Source: Eledone cirrhosa (lineage: Eukaryota). Taken from it: DNA of 64,000 nt. The notes under the pieces are model-generated. The model worked only from the letters and a program-made list of their open reading frames with translations. It ran no database searches and was not told the origin of the DNA. The stretch covers positions 253,208,001 through 253,272,000 of the forward strand of contig OZ024740.1 in the NCBI GenBank assembly GCA_964016885.1, written 5' to 3'. The translations under genes were made by a program, and so were the position numbers. Shown here piece by piece: positions 40,331 through 54,127 of this stretch (positions are counted from its first letter, which is position 1; the number at the start of each line of letters is the position of its first letter).

Positions 40331-43094
40331 TTAGCAGTATTGGTTATAGAGTAGTCGCCACTTTAGCAGGGTGGTAGAATCAGTGGTCGTTACTTTAATA
40401 GGGTAGATGATTGAAGGTCGTTAGTTGCCAGTGTGGTAAGTGATAGTATCCTCGTTGGATTATCTTGTTGACATAGACGTGAGGGAAGGTCCCTCGATCT
40501 ATTTACCATCTATTTACAATATTCCTTTCGTCAGGTCGCCAATACCAGCAGCATGGATTATAGATGTTATTGAGACACGAGTAACATAATAATGATTTCA
40601 ACAGCAGTAATTAGAGATGAAATGTATGTTTATTTATATGGTTGAAGTTACAGATAAAAAGAGGTTACAAAATGGAATGTGCCATTTCGCCGTTAAGCCG
40701 GCGAGGCTAGGGGTGCAATATCTCACTGTTACATTATGCGTGTTGCTGGCTCGAAGTTTCTGGTACAAGAGAGAGATTCTTCAAATCTTCGCGGGGAATT
40801 TCTTCCTCAGGGCGCGTAGGGATACATCCTCTTCTACTGGCGCTGATTGGCTGAACTGAGCCAAATCACGCACAGAGAATGTATGTGAGCCCGCGGAATG
40901 TAGGTCACTACATCACCTCCGACCAGATTTTCAGCCGAAAATCGATAACGAAGAAACCAAGGACCCACATATTATTGAATCAGCAAGAACAAATGCTGAA
41001 AGAGCACATCAGTGAAAAAATAATTGAGCAGAAAGATTCATGCAAGAACAAAAAAAAAAATTAGGCGCGACGGGCTGTGTTGAGCCGCTGTCAAATGACT
41101 AGCTGTTTTGTAGTTTAAACGAGACCCTCAAGGGCCTACCAGAAAACAGATAAAGTCTGACATGGGCGAAGTTGCTGTTCTTGCATTAAATGTTAATGGT
41201 AAGCGTTGTACCAGTAGCTGTGAACGAAGCTATTATGGTAGTTTACCAGTGCTGGCAAGAAAATGATGGCCCCCAGATGTATTGTCGAATGTGCTGTGGA
41301 GCCAGGAAAAAATGTCTGGTTGCTTTGTAAAGAAAAAAAAAAGGCATGTTTAATCTGTAGGTGGGTTGCAGTGTAAATTCCATAATTCGGGCGAATCCAC
41401 TGAAGTGGCTGAAATATTGACAAGTCCAGTTCAATTTGTTGCTTTCCCAGCGAGTCGGGCAAAAACAACAAGACGGATGGCCGTCATGGACGATCAGTGT
41501 GCAACGAGATGCGAAGCTGTTTGAGTTCAGCTGCAGTTAGAATGCTCGTGTTGCGGTGCCTGTTTGAATCCAGTGGATTAAGCTCTGTGAACTGCTAGCA
41601 TGTGACAGCATCTCAACCAGGTGAAAAGGGACTCGCAGAATATTACGTTTGAAGAACATATACCAAGAACAACATGGTGTGTGATAAAAAAAATGTGTGC
41701 ATATGCAGTCATGTAAAACAGCAAAGAATGTGAATGAACAAAAACCATTAGCAAGCACATAGCAAAAGAGCACAAAACAAGTAAATGCATTCTACAAAGA
41801 AATATGTGAATGTAACAAACTGATAATTCAAAGTCAATCTAGGGGAGCAGAGAAATTGCTCAATAAGTTCAAAGTTTTTCAAAGTCAAATAGTTCACACA
41901 TCACCAGTGTACAGACACTAGTTCTATCTGAAAACTGAAAAAGAAGTTTGCTAATGCCGTTAGGGGTTAGATGTATGGTGTTTTGTGAGATTTCGTGGCC
42001 ATCTTGTGTGGCATAAGGTTGTGTTGCTTATTGTTAAAGCAAAGTCAAAGAATCTTCTGTAGAGTAGCGGTCACCAAATATGGCACCCACGTCTGACGCC
42101 ATAATGGTGAGAAAACTACTGTCTCAATTTCTCGCGTCCCTGTGGTAACGAGACAGAAGGTATGGTGGTTGCGTCGGTAAAGTTACAAGCCGTTTTGAAA
42201 TTTCCGATGTGTGGTGGTTTGCGTCGGTAAGGCTATGAAGCTGCCACTCACTATTCCCTGCTTTGGTCAGTGGCTAAACAATGTTGTCGTTGCTGCTGCT
42301 GTTGTTGTTGTCAAGTGTAGCCAGGAGATGTCGGTAGCCATCTTGAAATTTTTTCGTGGCGAAAAAGTTTTTGAAATACTGCTAATTTTTCAAAAATCTT
42401 AAAAGGAATATTTTGTATCTTCGCAAGTTGCGAAAAGGTTGGCAAAGGGGCAATAAAAGTTCAACTGAATGAAAAAGAAGGGCTGCGTTAAATTCTTACA
42501 TCGGTTACCACTTTAAAAGTATTGGTTATAGAGTAGTCGCCACTTTAGCATGGTGGTAGAATCAGTGGTCGTTACTTTAACAGGGTAGATGATTGAAGGT
42601 CGTTAGTTGCCAGTGTGGTAAGTGATAGTATCCTCGTTGGATTATCTTGTTGACATAGACGTGAGGGAAGGTCCCTCGATCTATTTACCATCTATTTACA
42701 ATATTCCTTTCGTCAGGTCGCCAATTCCAGCAGCATGGATTATAGATGTTATTGAGACACGAGTAACATAATAATGATTTCAACAGCAGTAATTAGAGAT
42801 GAAATGTATGTTTATTTATATGGTTGAAGTTACAGATAAAAAGAGGTTACAAAAGGGAATGTGCCATTGCGCCGTTAAGCCGGCGAGGCTAGGGGTGCAA
42901 TATCTCACTGTTACATTATGCGTGTTGCTGGCTCGAAGTTTCTGGTACAAGAGAGAGATTCTTCAAATCTTCGCGGGGAATTTCTTCCTCAGGGCGCGTA
43001 GGGATACATCCTCTTCTACTGGCGCTGATTGGCTGAACTGAACCAAATCACGCACAGAGAATGTATGTGAGCCCGCGGAATGTAGGTCACTACA
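40331..43094 (-). mobile_element. Non-autonomous LTR retrotransposon (582-bp LTRs 40331-40912 and 42513-43094, 1.6-kb non-coding interior)
   Basis: Near-identical direct repeats; target duplication CATAT; minus-strand PBS-like TGGTAACCGATG just after the 5' LTR; weak purine tract GGAGGTGA. Confidence 0.9.
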
Positions 43095-44744
43095 CATATA
43101 ATATATTTTGTTCATTTATTACCCAAATTAATTTATTTTAATTTAGAAATTCGCTTTATAAAAGCTTAACTATTCTTTGATTTTCATTTATTTCTTAAAA
43201 TCCAACTGTGGTTATATTTACTCTCTATAATTTTATTTCATTTATTTAATGAATGGTTATAATTACTTCTGTATTTAATTATTTTGATATTCTATATATT
43301 ATTAAACTTCATATTTCATATTTAATAGGTTTTAACAAGCTAGTCAAAAAGAAATTTTAACGGACAATGTAAACAAAAGGAAGATAACTCATTCACCGTA
43401 TAAGCATTTATAACTTATCTCTACTCTCACGTCCAGCGATAATTCAAAAGCCGTAAATCATCTATTGTATATATCATAATTGATGTCTAATTAAATATTG
43501 AACTATCCTAATCAAAGCATAGGATAAAGAGACTCTTAATGAAATTATTTCAATACATATAAATATCGATAAATTATACTTCAATAAGGCAAAATTTATA
43601 TATATTTAAATTATTAATTGCCATTATTTTTTGGAAACTGGTACATTGCTTGGAAAGTTTTACCAATTTTATGGTGACAACTACTAAATAATTAATTTTT
43701 TTTTTATTGTTGATTAAATTGTCATAGTTTGTGATAATCTGTAGAATCTCTTCATTGCAAAGATTGCAAATTTCTGAGATTGTTGAGTTCTGGTAGAAAG
43801 TAGCATACTTTAATTTCCTCCAACAGATGGAGTATTTAATATTACTGTCCTAATTGCGAAAGTGAAGTTGAACATTTCTTATCTGGTCTATTAAAAGTAT
43901 GTCTAAAATTAATCAAGGTTCGCCTCGCTGTTAATATAATATTTATCTCCTCACTAGATAGGTCTAGCATATGATAGTGCCTTATTTAATAGATTAGGAG
44001 TCAACGAGGAATAATAACTGGCTATATGCATTTGAATGAACTTATAATTATTTTTATGTTTAATATTTTTGAACCAATCTATAACTTCACTAGTGCCTTT
44101 CCATAGATTTAGCTGCGATTTCAATTTAAGTGTTGGTAAAATCCTATCTATTATATTTTTACTAATTATTACAAGATCGGATTTAGGTGATATGAGTCTA
44201 ACTGGTAAATCATCCTCAAAATTTCTTTTATGGTCTTTAAAATTAATCCGCGGTTGTTTTGATTTGAAAGGTTCTGTCTTCCGCTCTATTCCAAGATTGG
44301 TGATAATTTTGAATGCCTCATTATTAATGAAATATGTATAATAAAATATATATTTTGATTATGAGAATATTTTTCATTTATTAACATTTTGAATAATATT
44401 AAAGACTCCAGGAAAATCAACCGTTGAGTGCTTCTAATCTATTGTAATATTGTATTCGTTGAGTAATCAACGAACCATATTAATCTTTGATTATATATAT
44501 ATATATATTACATAAAAGAAAAAAAACGGTTTGAGACAGTAGTTTTGTGACAGCACACAGATAAGTGTTGATTTTTCAATTTCATAGATTTCTTTAGATG
44601 TTCAGATATATAGATATGTGTGATTATATATAGTTATATATATGTGTGCCTATATATATATATGTAATTTTCTTATATAGGTATGTAAATGTATATGTGT
44701 ATATATTTGCGTGCAATAAAGCTGTGTTAAATGTTTGATTATAT

Positions 44745-45225
44745 CATCGTTTAACGTCCATCTTCCACGCTAGCATGGGTTAGACGTTTGTGTTCCATTT
44801 GATGCGAGAATGGTTGGGAGACCGTGTCTCACTCATGTGGAAGTGTCTCTGGCAGGTTTTCTATGGCTGGGTGCCCTTCCTAACACCAACCACCTTTACA
44901 GTGTGGACTGGGAGCCTTTTTACAATGTATCCTACACTTGCTGTGTAGACTGGGAGCTTTTTGTCGTGTCACCTACGCGACCACATTACAGTGGATGGAA
45001 ATGTAGGATGGGATAGGGTGTGTGGGGTGGGGTGTATATTGGGTTAAGAGTGCCTACTGACTGTAGGTTTGTATGCAAGGGAAGGCGGTTCTTCTGTACA
45101 ACTGCATGGCGCCAAGGATTTCGATCCAGCAACATTGTCTTAGAGAGGTGTAAGTGAGCAAGGTCAGTTTTTATCACCTTATCCCAAGTTTTTTTTTATC
45201 TACCCACTCCGTAGCTTCCATCAAT
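44745..45225 (-). mobile_element. RTE-tail-related non-autonomous repeat (relatives at ~18080-18290, 21860-22100, 55585-55960)
   Basis: Shared ctggcaggttttct..gcccttcctaacaccaaccac..gtggactggg motifs and catcat..ttaacgtcc tail. Confidence 0.6.
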
Positions 45226-45280
45226 TTGTGTGTTAAATGTGTGTCTCTCTCGTAATTTTCTTATATAGGTATGTAAATAT

Positions 45281-45990
45281 TTAACGAAGGGTAAAAATAA
45301 GAAATAGTTATTGTTAGATGGATTAACAAAGTTATTAGAGGAAATAACATGAATAATAATAAATGATTTTAGCCTATATATGGTTTACTTCACGTGAATC
45401 AATTAAAAAGTACAATAAAACAGTTACCAAGAGTTGTTAATTTTGTTATTATTGTTGATGTGAAAACAGTGAGCGAACAGATAATGTTGTTGTTGGAAGT
45501 TGGAGTCCGTGGTAGTAATTCTGAGACCGTAGTGAGTAAGAGAGAGAGAGAGGTTTGTATACCTCTGTTATGGTCTGTAGTAACTGTGAACCACTGTGGC
45601 CTGCAGACAGCGGTGAGTCTTCCACATTTGTGTTCTGCAGTAGTAGGGCTCCAATCACTCTGTATTTCTGTAGACCTCTGAGATCTGTAGTAACTGTGAA
45701 TCTTTACATCGTTAGCTGCTAGCGTAATGCTCCGATCTTTCTTGTCTTTCTGTAGACAACTGGGGTCTGTTGATAGTGGTGAATCTTTCACATAGCTTGT
45801 TCTGTAGTGGGGTGCTCCGATGACTCTATGTAAATGTGGGATGATAAAGGCTTTATATACCTGTCACTTCCTGCCTCTCACCTTTAGGGGATAGCCAACG
45901 CATCAACCTGTTCACACCAAAAGGGTGGTGACCTAGAATTTGACCTTTAGGTGTCTCCCAAGGTTCAAGGCGTGGACAGATCTCGCTACA
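45281..45990 (-). mobile_element. Solo LTR (TGTAGCG...GTTAA)
   Basis: 5-bp target duplication AATAT; same family as 8370-9057. Confidence 0.85.
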
Positions 45991-46411
45991 AATATATGTG
46001 TGGTGAGATAATGTTATTCTTTGATGTTTGATAAGAAGAATAATGCCAGGATGTTGACAATTATGTGACAGAATTTATCGCTATATTATTTGATGGCTAG
46101 CTACTTCGAGCTAACGTGCATGCATGTATCAATACGACGGTACAATATAAGTGATTCAACAGGAAGACGCAAGAATAGATAAAAACAGAAGTAAACAGTA
46201 TAATCGAACCTGAGAGTGTGTGTGTGTGTGTGTGTATCCTTTCTGTATTTATCATTGTTGTGGTATATTATGGCCACTACCATCAGTCGTTTTTCTTGGT
46301 GTCACACATTTTAACTGATTACTATGGATGGTAACGTATTAACATAATTGAATGCTTTGTGATTGTCTCAAGTAACTCGAGTAGTACCTGCTATATATCG
46401 ATCCATAACTA

Positions 46412-46452
<41 letters not shown>

Positions 46453-47890
46453 CATCATCATTTTATGTCCGCTTTTCCTTGCTTGCAAGGGTGGGACTGG
46501 TCCTTTTCAGCACCGCATCTCTCCATTCGTCATGATCCTTTGTCATCTCCTCTGTGAGCTTCAGCGATCTGAGGTCAGCTATCACCACCTCCGCCCATGT
46601 TTTTCGTGGTCTTCCTCTACTGCACCTTCTTTCCACCGGGATTTCTTGGCACTTCTTCACCCAGCGGTCATCTTCCATGGGCATACCAACGCAGTCTTCT
46701 CCCCCGCACACTACAGATTATTCCTCTTATACACAGTTTCACTCTCAACTCGTCCATGATTGGTCATTCACACACATTGATACTGCAAATCCATTGGAGC
46801 ATGCTTGCTTCATTTCTTTCCAGCCTCCGCATATCCTCCACGGTTGCTGCTCATGTCTCATTACCATGCAACATCTCACACAAGCATCAGTTGGCCTTTC
46901 ATCACATTGGGAGAAACCCAATCTAGATACTAAGGCCTTGGAGCATCGTCCTCCCTTGCTAATTTGATCACCTAGATATTGGAAGCTATCAACCACCTCT
47001 ATAGATTCTACCTGCATTTGAAAAATGTGTCTATCACTGACACTCTTCTACAATCAATTTTCCCTGAACATCTACTACATATGAAGTTTTCCTTTCCTGT
47101 TAGTTTGCAGGCTATCCCACTACATCTCTTGTGTACCCAAGATCTGCATTGTGTACATTCTACAGAATTTATGCCAACTCCTTTTCTACATATCAAACAT
47201 GGCCATTTCCCTGATGGAATCAGAGTTTTGTCTTCTTTCCTTACTTATCAACACTTCATTCTTAGCTAGGTTCACTCTCAGTCCTTTTGATTCCAACTGC
47301 TGTTTCTATAGTCAGAATTTATTTTCTAGCTCCTCTACTGATTCTGCTATAACAACCAGATCATCAGCATAGAGAAGTCCCCATGGGCAGCCAGTCTTAA
47401 ACTCCTCTGTTATGGCTTGGAGAACTATAATGAATAAAAGTGGGCTGAGGACCAAACCCTGATGAACTCCTACTTGTATCCGGAATTCCTCACTAAACTC
47501 CATTCCTACTCTCACTTTACTGACAGATCCTCTGTACATAGCTTGTATTGTTCTCACAAGCCATTCCTCTACACCTGGTTTCCTTAGGGACCACCAGATG
47601 ACAGATTGGGGTACCCTATCGAAGGCCTTCTCTAGGTCAACAAAAGCTAAGTATAGTGGCTTATTCTTCTCTAAGAACTTCTCTTGTAGTTGTCTCACTA
47701 AGAAGACGGCATCAGTTGTACTTTTCCCAGGCACAAAACCAAACTGCATCTCATCTACTTTGACTCTTTCTCTAAATAGTTGTGCTAGCATTTTTTCTGT
47801 CACTTTCATAACTTGATCCATCAGTTTTATGCCCCTATAATTGCTCCTCTCCAGAGCATCTCCTTTACCTTTGTAACAATTAACAAGAAT
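46453..47890 (-). mobile_element. 5'-truncated RTE-clade LINE
   Basis: ORF 47312-47821 with QFGFVPGKST, FVDLEKAFDRV, GVHQG..LSP, LYADD; PHD-like 47008-47196; RGRPRKTW; short (TGA)n tail. Confidence 0.92.
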
Positions 47891-47923
47891 TGAGTTATAT
47901 TTGAAATGTGTGCGTGTGTGTGC

Positions 47924-48029
<106 letters not shown>

Positions 48030-48040
48030 AATATAGAAAT

Positions 48041-48095
48041 GGCTTCTACAGGATTAGAACAACAGTTTCATTCGAAGGAAATCATCAGGAAAGCC
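48041..48095 (-). ncRNA. Degenerate hammerhead in an older PLE 3'-end relic (from 48025)
   Basis: Reverse complement ggctttc-CTGATGA-tttc..gaat-GAAA-c..GTA^gaagcc; homologous to 48865-48915. Confidence 0.5.
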
Positions 48096-48659
48096 GATTG
48101 TCAATATGTTATGGTGATATTTATACATTTTCTGGTGAATGGGATGGGTGGAAGTCATTGGCCAATGGATATAAAGAATGGGGATTCTTTGAAAAAACTA
48201 TACTTAGAGAATAATAGTCATACAGAAGTATACAAAAGCAGGCACTTGGGAAACGCCTTCTATATTCTGTCCGCCGGGGTTGTGGGGAGACAAGCTGATT
48301 ATATTACGAATTCTGTTGAATAGTCTTAAATACTTCAATACTTTGAGAAGTGTTTCCTATGTAACAGCTTTTGATCCTGTGTATATGTATTATATAATGT
48401 TTTTACATGTTCACAACATAGTTTCATCGATTTATCATGATTCTTGTAATGTTTCCTTTGTGATTTCCATGAATTATCCAATGATTTCGACATACTTCCA
48501 AATCCAATATTTGATGAAATAAATAAGACTATTTTAGACAAACATTATGCTAAGCAAACAAAAGGATTTTCTTTAAGTGGCTGTATTAACATGGTGTGTT
48601 AAAGTCAACAAAATAAATACTTATACACCCACACACACATATATATATATACACATACA

Positions 48660-48695
<36 letters not shown>

Positions 48696-48864
48696 TATGT
48701 ATACATATATACAAACATATATATATATGTATACATATATACACATGTATACATATATACACACATACACATATATATATACGTTATTCCGGGTTGAATC
48801 GGAGGTAACCACAGTAAGTAAGGTACTCAATACATAGCAGAGTATAACAGTTTTAATATAGATG

Positions 48865-48915
48865 AGATTCTACAGGACTAGAACTGTTTCATTCATTAGA
48901 AATCATCAGGAATCT
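48865..48915 (-). ncRNA. Type I hammerhead ribozyme (PLE-4 3' end)
   Basis: Reverse complement agattc-CTGATGA-tttc(taat)gaat-GAAA-cag..ct-GTA^gaatct. Confidence 0.7.
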
Positions 48916-49537
48916 GGGTATCAAAAAATAAATATGGTATTTATAGGTCTCTACAAGTGGTAGGAGAGGGTGGGGAGTGGGATGGGTGCAGGTCATTGGT
49001 TGATAGAAAAGGGAATTCATTAAAAGCTAATTCTACAAAGCTATAGTTTATTTTTATTTATTTATGTTTTTAGAGTAACAAGGGCAGACAGAATTCTATA
49101 AACAGGTTCCGGATGGCATACCATTCCTTGTCAATAAGTTTCTCTTAAGCTAACAGATGTCTATAAAATCAGTGGGGGGTCAGTCATGGTCGATAGAATT
49201 AAAGAAAAGGGAGATTCTTTAAAAGCTAAAGTCATTAAGGTTCTACTAAGTGACAAAGGTCTAGGGAATTCTGCAGACAGATTCAAAATACTGAGTGCAT
49301 ATCTTACTATTATCTTCGAACTTCTCTTAAACTAATCAACTATATGCCAAAAATCAGCAGACACATTCACAAAAAAACAAAAAAACACATACTCACTCAC
49401 ACACTTACGCGCAACCATAAACACACACACAAACACATATACACACATAAAAACACACACACATATATAAAAATATATAAATATATATTCATGTACACAC
49501 ACATACATACACACATACATAGATACATACATATATA

Positions 49538-49626
<89 letters not shown>

Positions 49627-49639
49627 TATACACATATAT

Positions 49640-49680
<41 letters not shown>

Positions 49681-49866
49681 TACACACACACATACACATA
49701 CATACACACACACACACATATATACACAAATAAATACACTCACACGCATACATACAAACACGAATATACATGTATATACACACAAATACATATAGACATA
49801 TATACATACACATACACAGACACATATACACACACATATATATATATATATATATCTATATATACA

Positions 49867-49898
<32 letters not shown>

Positions 49899-50023
49899 CA
49901 CACATACACACATACATACATACACATACATATATACACACACACACGTATACATATATATATATATATACACATACATATATATATATATACATTCATA
50001 TATACATACATACACATACACAC

Positions 50024-50072
<49 letters not shown>

Positions 50073-50115
50073 TAAACAAATATATACACATACAAACACA
50101 CACACACACATACAT

Positions 50116-50254
<139 letters not shown>

Positions 50255-50395
50255 CATACATACACACACATATATACACACACATACACATACATACACA
50301 AATATAAGGAAAGAGCACCATACATACATATATATATATGTATACATATATATATACACACACACATATATACACACATACACACACACACATAT

Positions 50396-50472
<77 letters not shown>

Positions 50473-50496
50473 TGTATACACATATATACACATATA

Positions 50497-51103
50497 TGGT
50501 GGCTGCCAACTCGTTTTCGAGTACGGCCACTACTTTATATCCATGTAGGAGAACCCCTACCGATGCGCTGAACGAGTGTGACTTTTGAGTCCAGCCAGCG
50601 ACTTGATAACTCTGGTACAAACACTACACTTGTGACAATTATTGACACATAGTGCTGGGCCCATGGTACCATGTGACAAGTGCAGAGAGATCTCCAGATA
50701 TAAAGCAATGCCTGTGCCATGAAGCTTTTATAGTGAGCAAAGGCATTGCACAGAGCCAGTCCCACTCTCTTAACCAAGATGATATTTACCAAAAAGTAGA
50801 ACAAGTCAACATCATTGGATACCATCAGGGTTGCAGGTGTTATATCAGAGTTTTCCTTCTCCTAGAATTCTGCCTTGACAAAGGCTAAGGGGTCATCTCT
50901 CCCGGTGATTTTGGATGGCCATTGACTCTTAAGAGCTTCTTTGCCCCTTGACAGGTTTTGTTTTTAGTCCTGCAGGATGTCCAAAGTCACCCTCCTCACC
51001 AAGAAACCTTGGTGGGGTTGCCAGTTTAGTCGCCAACGACCCGACCATGAAACAGGTTGTACTGGGATACATGTTACCAGTAGCACCAACTGGTGACCTG
51101 ACA
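50497..51103 (-). mobile_element. Probable 5' end of an RTE-like LINE with a structured leader
   Basis: Reverse complement of 50960-51095 matches 23020-23148; contains ctaggagaaggaaaactctga, a motif recalled from RTE 5' UTRs. Confidence 0.5.
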
Positions 51104-51301
51104 TAAATATATACACATATATACACACATATATACACACACCCACACATATACATATATACAAATATACACACACACATACACACACATACACATATAC
51201 ATATGTATATACATATATATATATATACACATATACATACACACAAATATATACATATATATTAAAAGAAAAAAAATATATACACACACATACATACACA
51301 C

Positions 51302-51372
<71 letters not shown>

Positions 51373-51669
51373 CACATATATACATATACACATACATATG
51401 CATACATATATATATATATATATACACATACAAACACACATACAAACATACATATACACATACATACATATAAACACATATATGCACACATATATACACG
51501 TATGTACATACATATATACATATATATACACACATATATATATATATATACACATATACACATATACATACACATATACATACATATATTTTTACACACA
51601 CATATATACATATTATATATACACATATACACACACATACACACACACATATATACACATACATACATA

Positions 51670-51703
<34 letters not shown>

Positions 51704-51704
51704 T

Positions 51705-51789
<85 letters not shown>

Positions 51790-51926
51790 TACACATACAT
51801 ACATACATATATACATACACATACATACAAATACACACATATATATACACGCACACACATATATATACACACACACACATATATATACACACACACACAC
51901 ATACACATGCATATGTATAAATATCT

Positions 51927-52032
<106 letters not shown>

Positions 52033-52121
52033 ATACATATACAAATATACACATACATACACAGACCTATACATAAATATACACATATATATACAGACAT
52101 ATAACGCATATATACACACAC

Positions 52122-52204
<83 letters not shown>

Positions 52205-52291
52205 CAAATATATATATATATACACACACGCGCATACACACATACACACACACACACACAAATATATATACACACTCTCTCTCTCACGCAC

Positions 52292-52336
<45 letters not shown>

Positions 52337-52525
52337 TAGAAGTTAATATGTCCAGGGATACTAGGTACCCCTAGAAATACATAGGTTGTCTATGATTCAA
52401 GGTTGTTCAATGGTGTTAATTTGATACACCAGAACTTTAATATTAAGATAAGCAGAACAAGTAAAATTCAATCAATTTTTCAAAATACATTAAAAAATTT
52501 AATATAAATATTTACCTCTTCTAGT

Positions 52526-52608
52526 GGCCCTTACTGATCAGTTTCGCTTTGTAAAACCTCATAAATCCGATGGATTTATGATGGAAAACCAAAGCTCATC
52601 AGAGAAGC
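52526..52608 (-). ncRNA. Type I hammerhead ribozyme
   Basis: Mirror copy of 52938-53020. Confidence 0.85.
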
Positions 52609-52937
52609 ATTTTCCCTTCCTAGGGCTAAACGTCCCAGGAACGACAAAATATACAACCTCCTGCCAGCTAATAAAGGTCTGAAAGGTCGTAAAAGTGACC
52701 CGTATGTAAACTGGACCGAAGTAAAAGCGGGAAAATCAAAGACTTGCTGTCTACAATTACTACTAAAAAAATAGCAGCCAAGTAGAGCAACAGATTTGTT
52801 CTCAACGGACGGAGAAAAAGGTAGAAGTTAATATGTCCAGGGATACTAGGTACCCCTAGAAATACATAGGTTGTCTATGATTCAAGGTTGTTCAATGGTG
52901 TTAATTTGATACACCAGAACTTTAATATTAAGAAAAT

Positions 52938-53020
52938 GCTTCTCTGATGAGCTTTGGTTTTCCATCATAAATCCATCGGATTTATGAGGTTTTACAAAGC
53001 GAAACTGATCAGTAAGGGCC
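52938..53020 (+). ncRNA. Type I hammerhead ribozyme with 50-nt stem II
   Basis: gcttct-CTGATGA-gctttg..tcataaatcc(atc)ggatttatga..caaagc-GAAA-ctgatca-GTA^aggg; palindromic stem III ACTGATCAGT. Confidence 0.85.
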
Positions 53021-53099
53021 ACTAGAAGAGGTAAATATTTATATTAAATTTTTTAATGTATTTTGAAAAATTGATTGAATTTTACTTGTTCTGCTTATC

Positions 53100-53149
<50 letters not shown>

Positions 53150-53290
53150 CACATACATACACACATATATACACACATACACACATACACATACACAGAC
53201 ACATATATATACATATATATACACATATATACACACATACACACACACACATATATATATATACACATATACATACATATACATATACAC

Positions 53291-53349
<59 letters not shown>

Positions 53350-53445
53350 CATATACACACATATACAAACACATATACATATATATACATACAAATGCAC
53401 ACACACACACACATATATATATATATACACACCTGCCCACACAAC

Positions 53446-53515
<70 letters not shown>

Positions 53516-53533
53516 CACACTTATATACACATA

Positions 53534-53565
<32 letters not shown>

Positions 53566-53700
53566 CATACATATATATACACATATATACATATATATAC
53601 ATATATATACATATACACACATATACATACACACATACACATACACATACATATACATAAACATACATACATACACATACATACATACATACACATATAT

Positions 53701-53741
<41 letters not shown>

Positions 53742-53811
53742 CATATACACAAATATATACATACATATACATACATAAATATACACACATTAAACACATA
53801 TACACACAAAC

Positions 53812-53910
<99 letters not shown>

Positions 53911-54127
53911 CACATATACACACATACAAACAAATATATACACATACAAGTAAATAGGTACTCAATAAATATACGCATATACGCAGGCACATAAAGACAC
54001 CTCTACAGGCAGAAAATGTAGATACGAAAGAGGTACTCACATAACCATAGTGGCCGTATTTCAGGTTGAGGAGGGGTGTGGGGTAGGGTGGTGAGGAGGT
54101 ATAGGGGCCAATAGGGGGAGGTCGTTT

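Larger units (their letters stand above)
38745..44400 (-). mobile_element. Penelope-like element 3, old, interrupted by a Helitron and an LTR element
   Basis: Minus-strand remnants FKDHKRNF..PVRLISPKSDL, LWKGTSEVIDWF (43970-44330) and ICNLCNEE (~43760); 38745-38802 plus 39660-39672 inverted at 44328-44400. Confidence 0.75.
52334..53104 (-). mobile_element. Non-coding hammerhead-bearing fold-back element (retrozyme-like, 485-nt monomer)
   Basis: Direct repeat 52334-52449 = 52819-52933; inverted arms 52442-52614 / 52932-53104; (TA)n on both sides; copies look identical. Confidence 0.85.
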
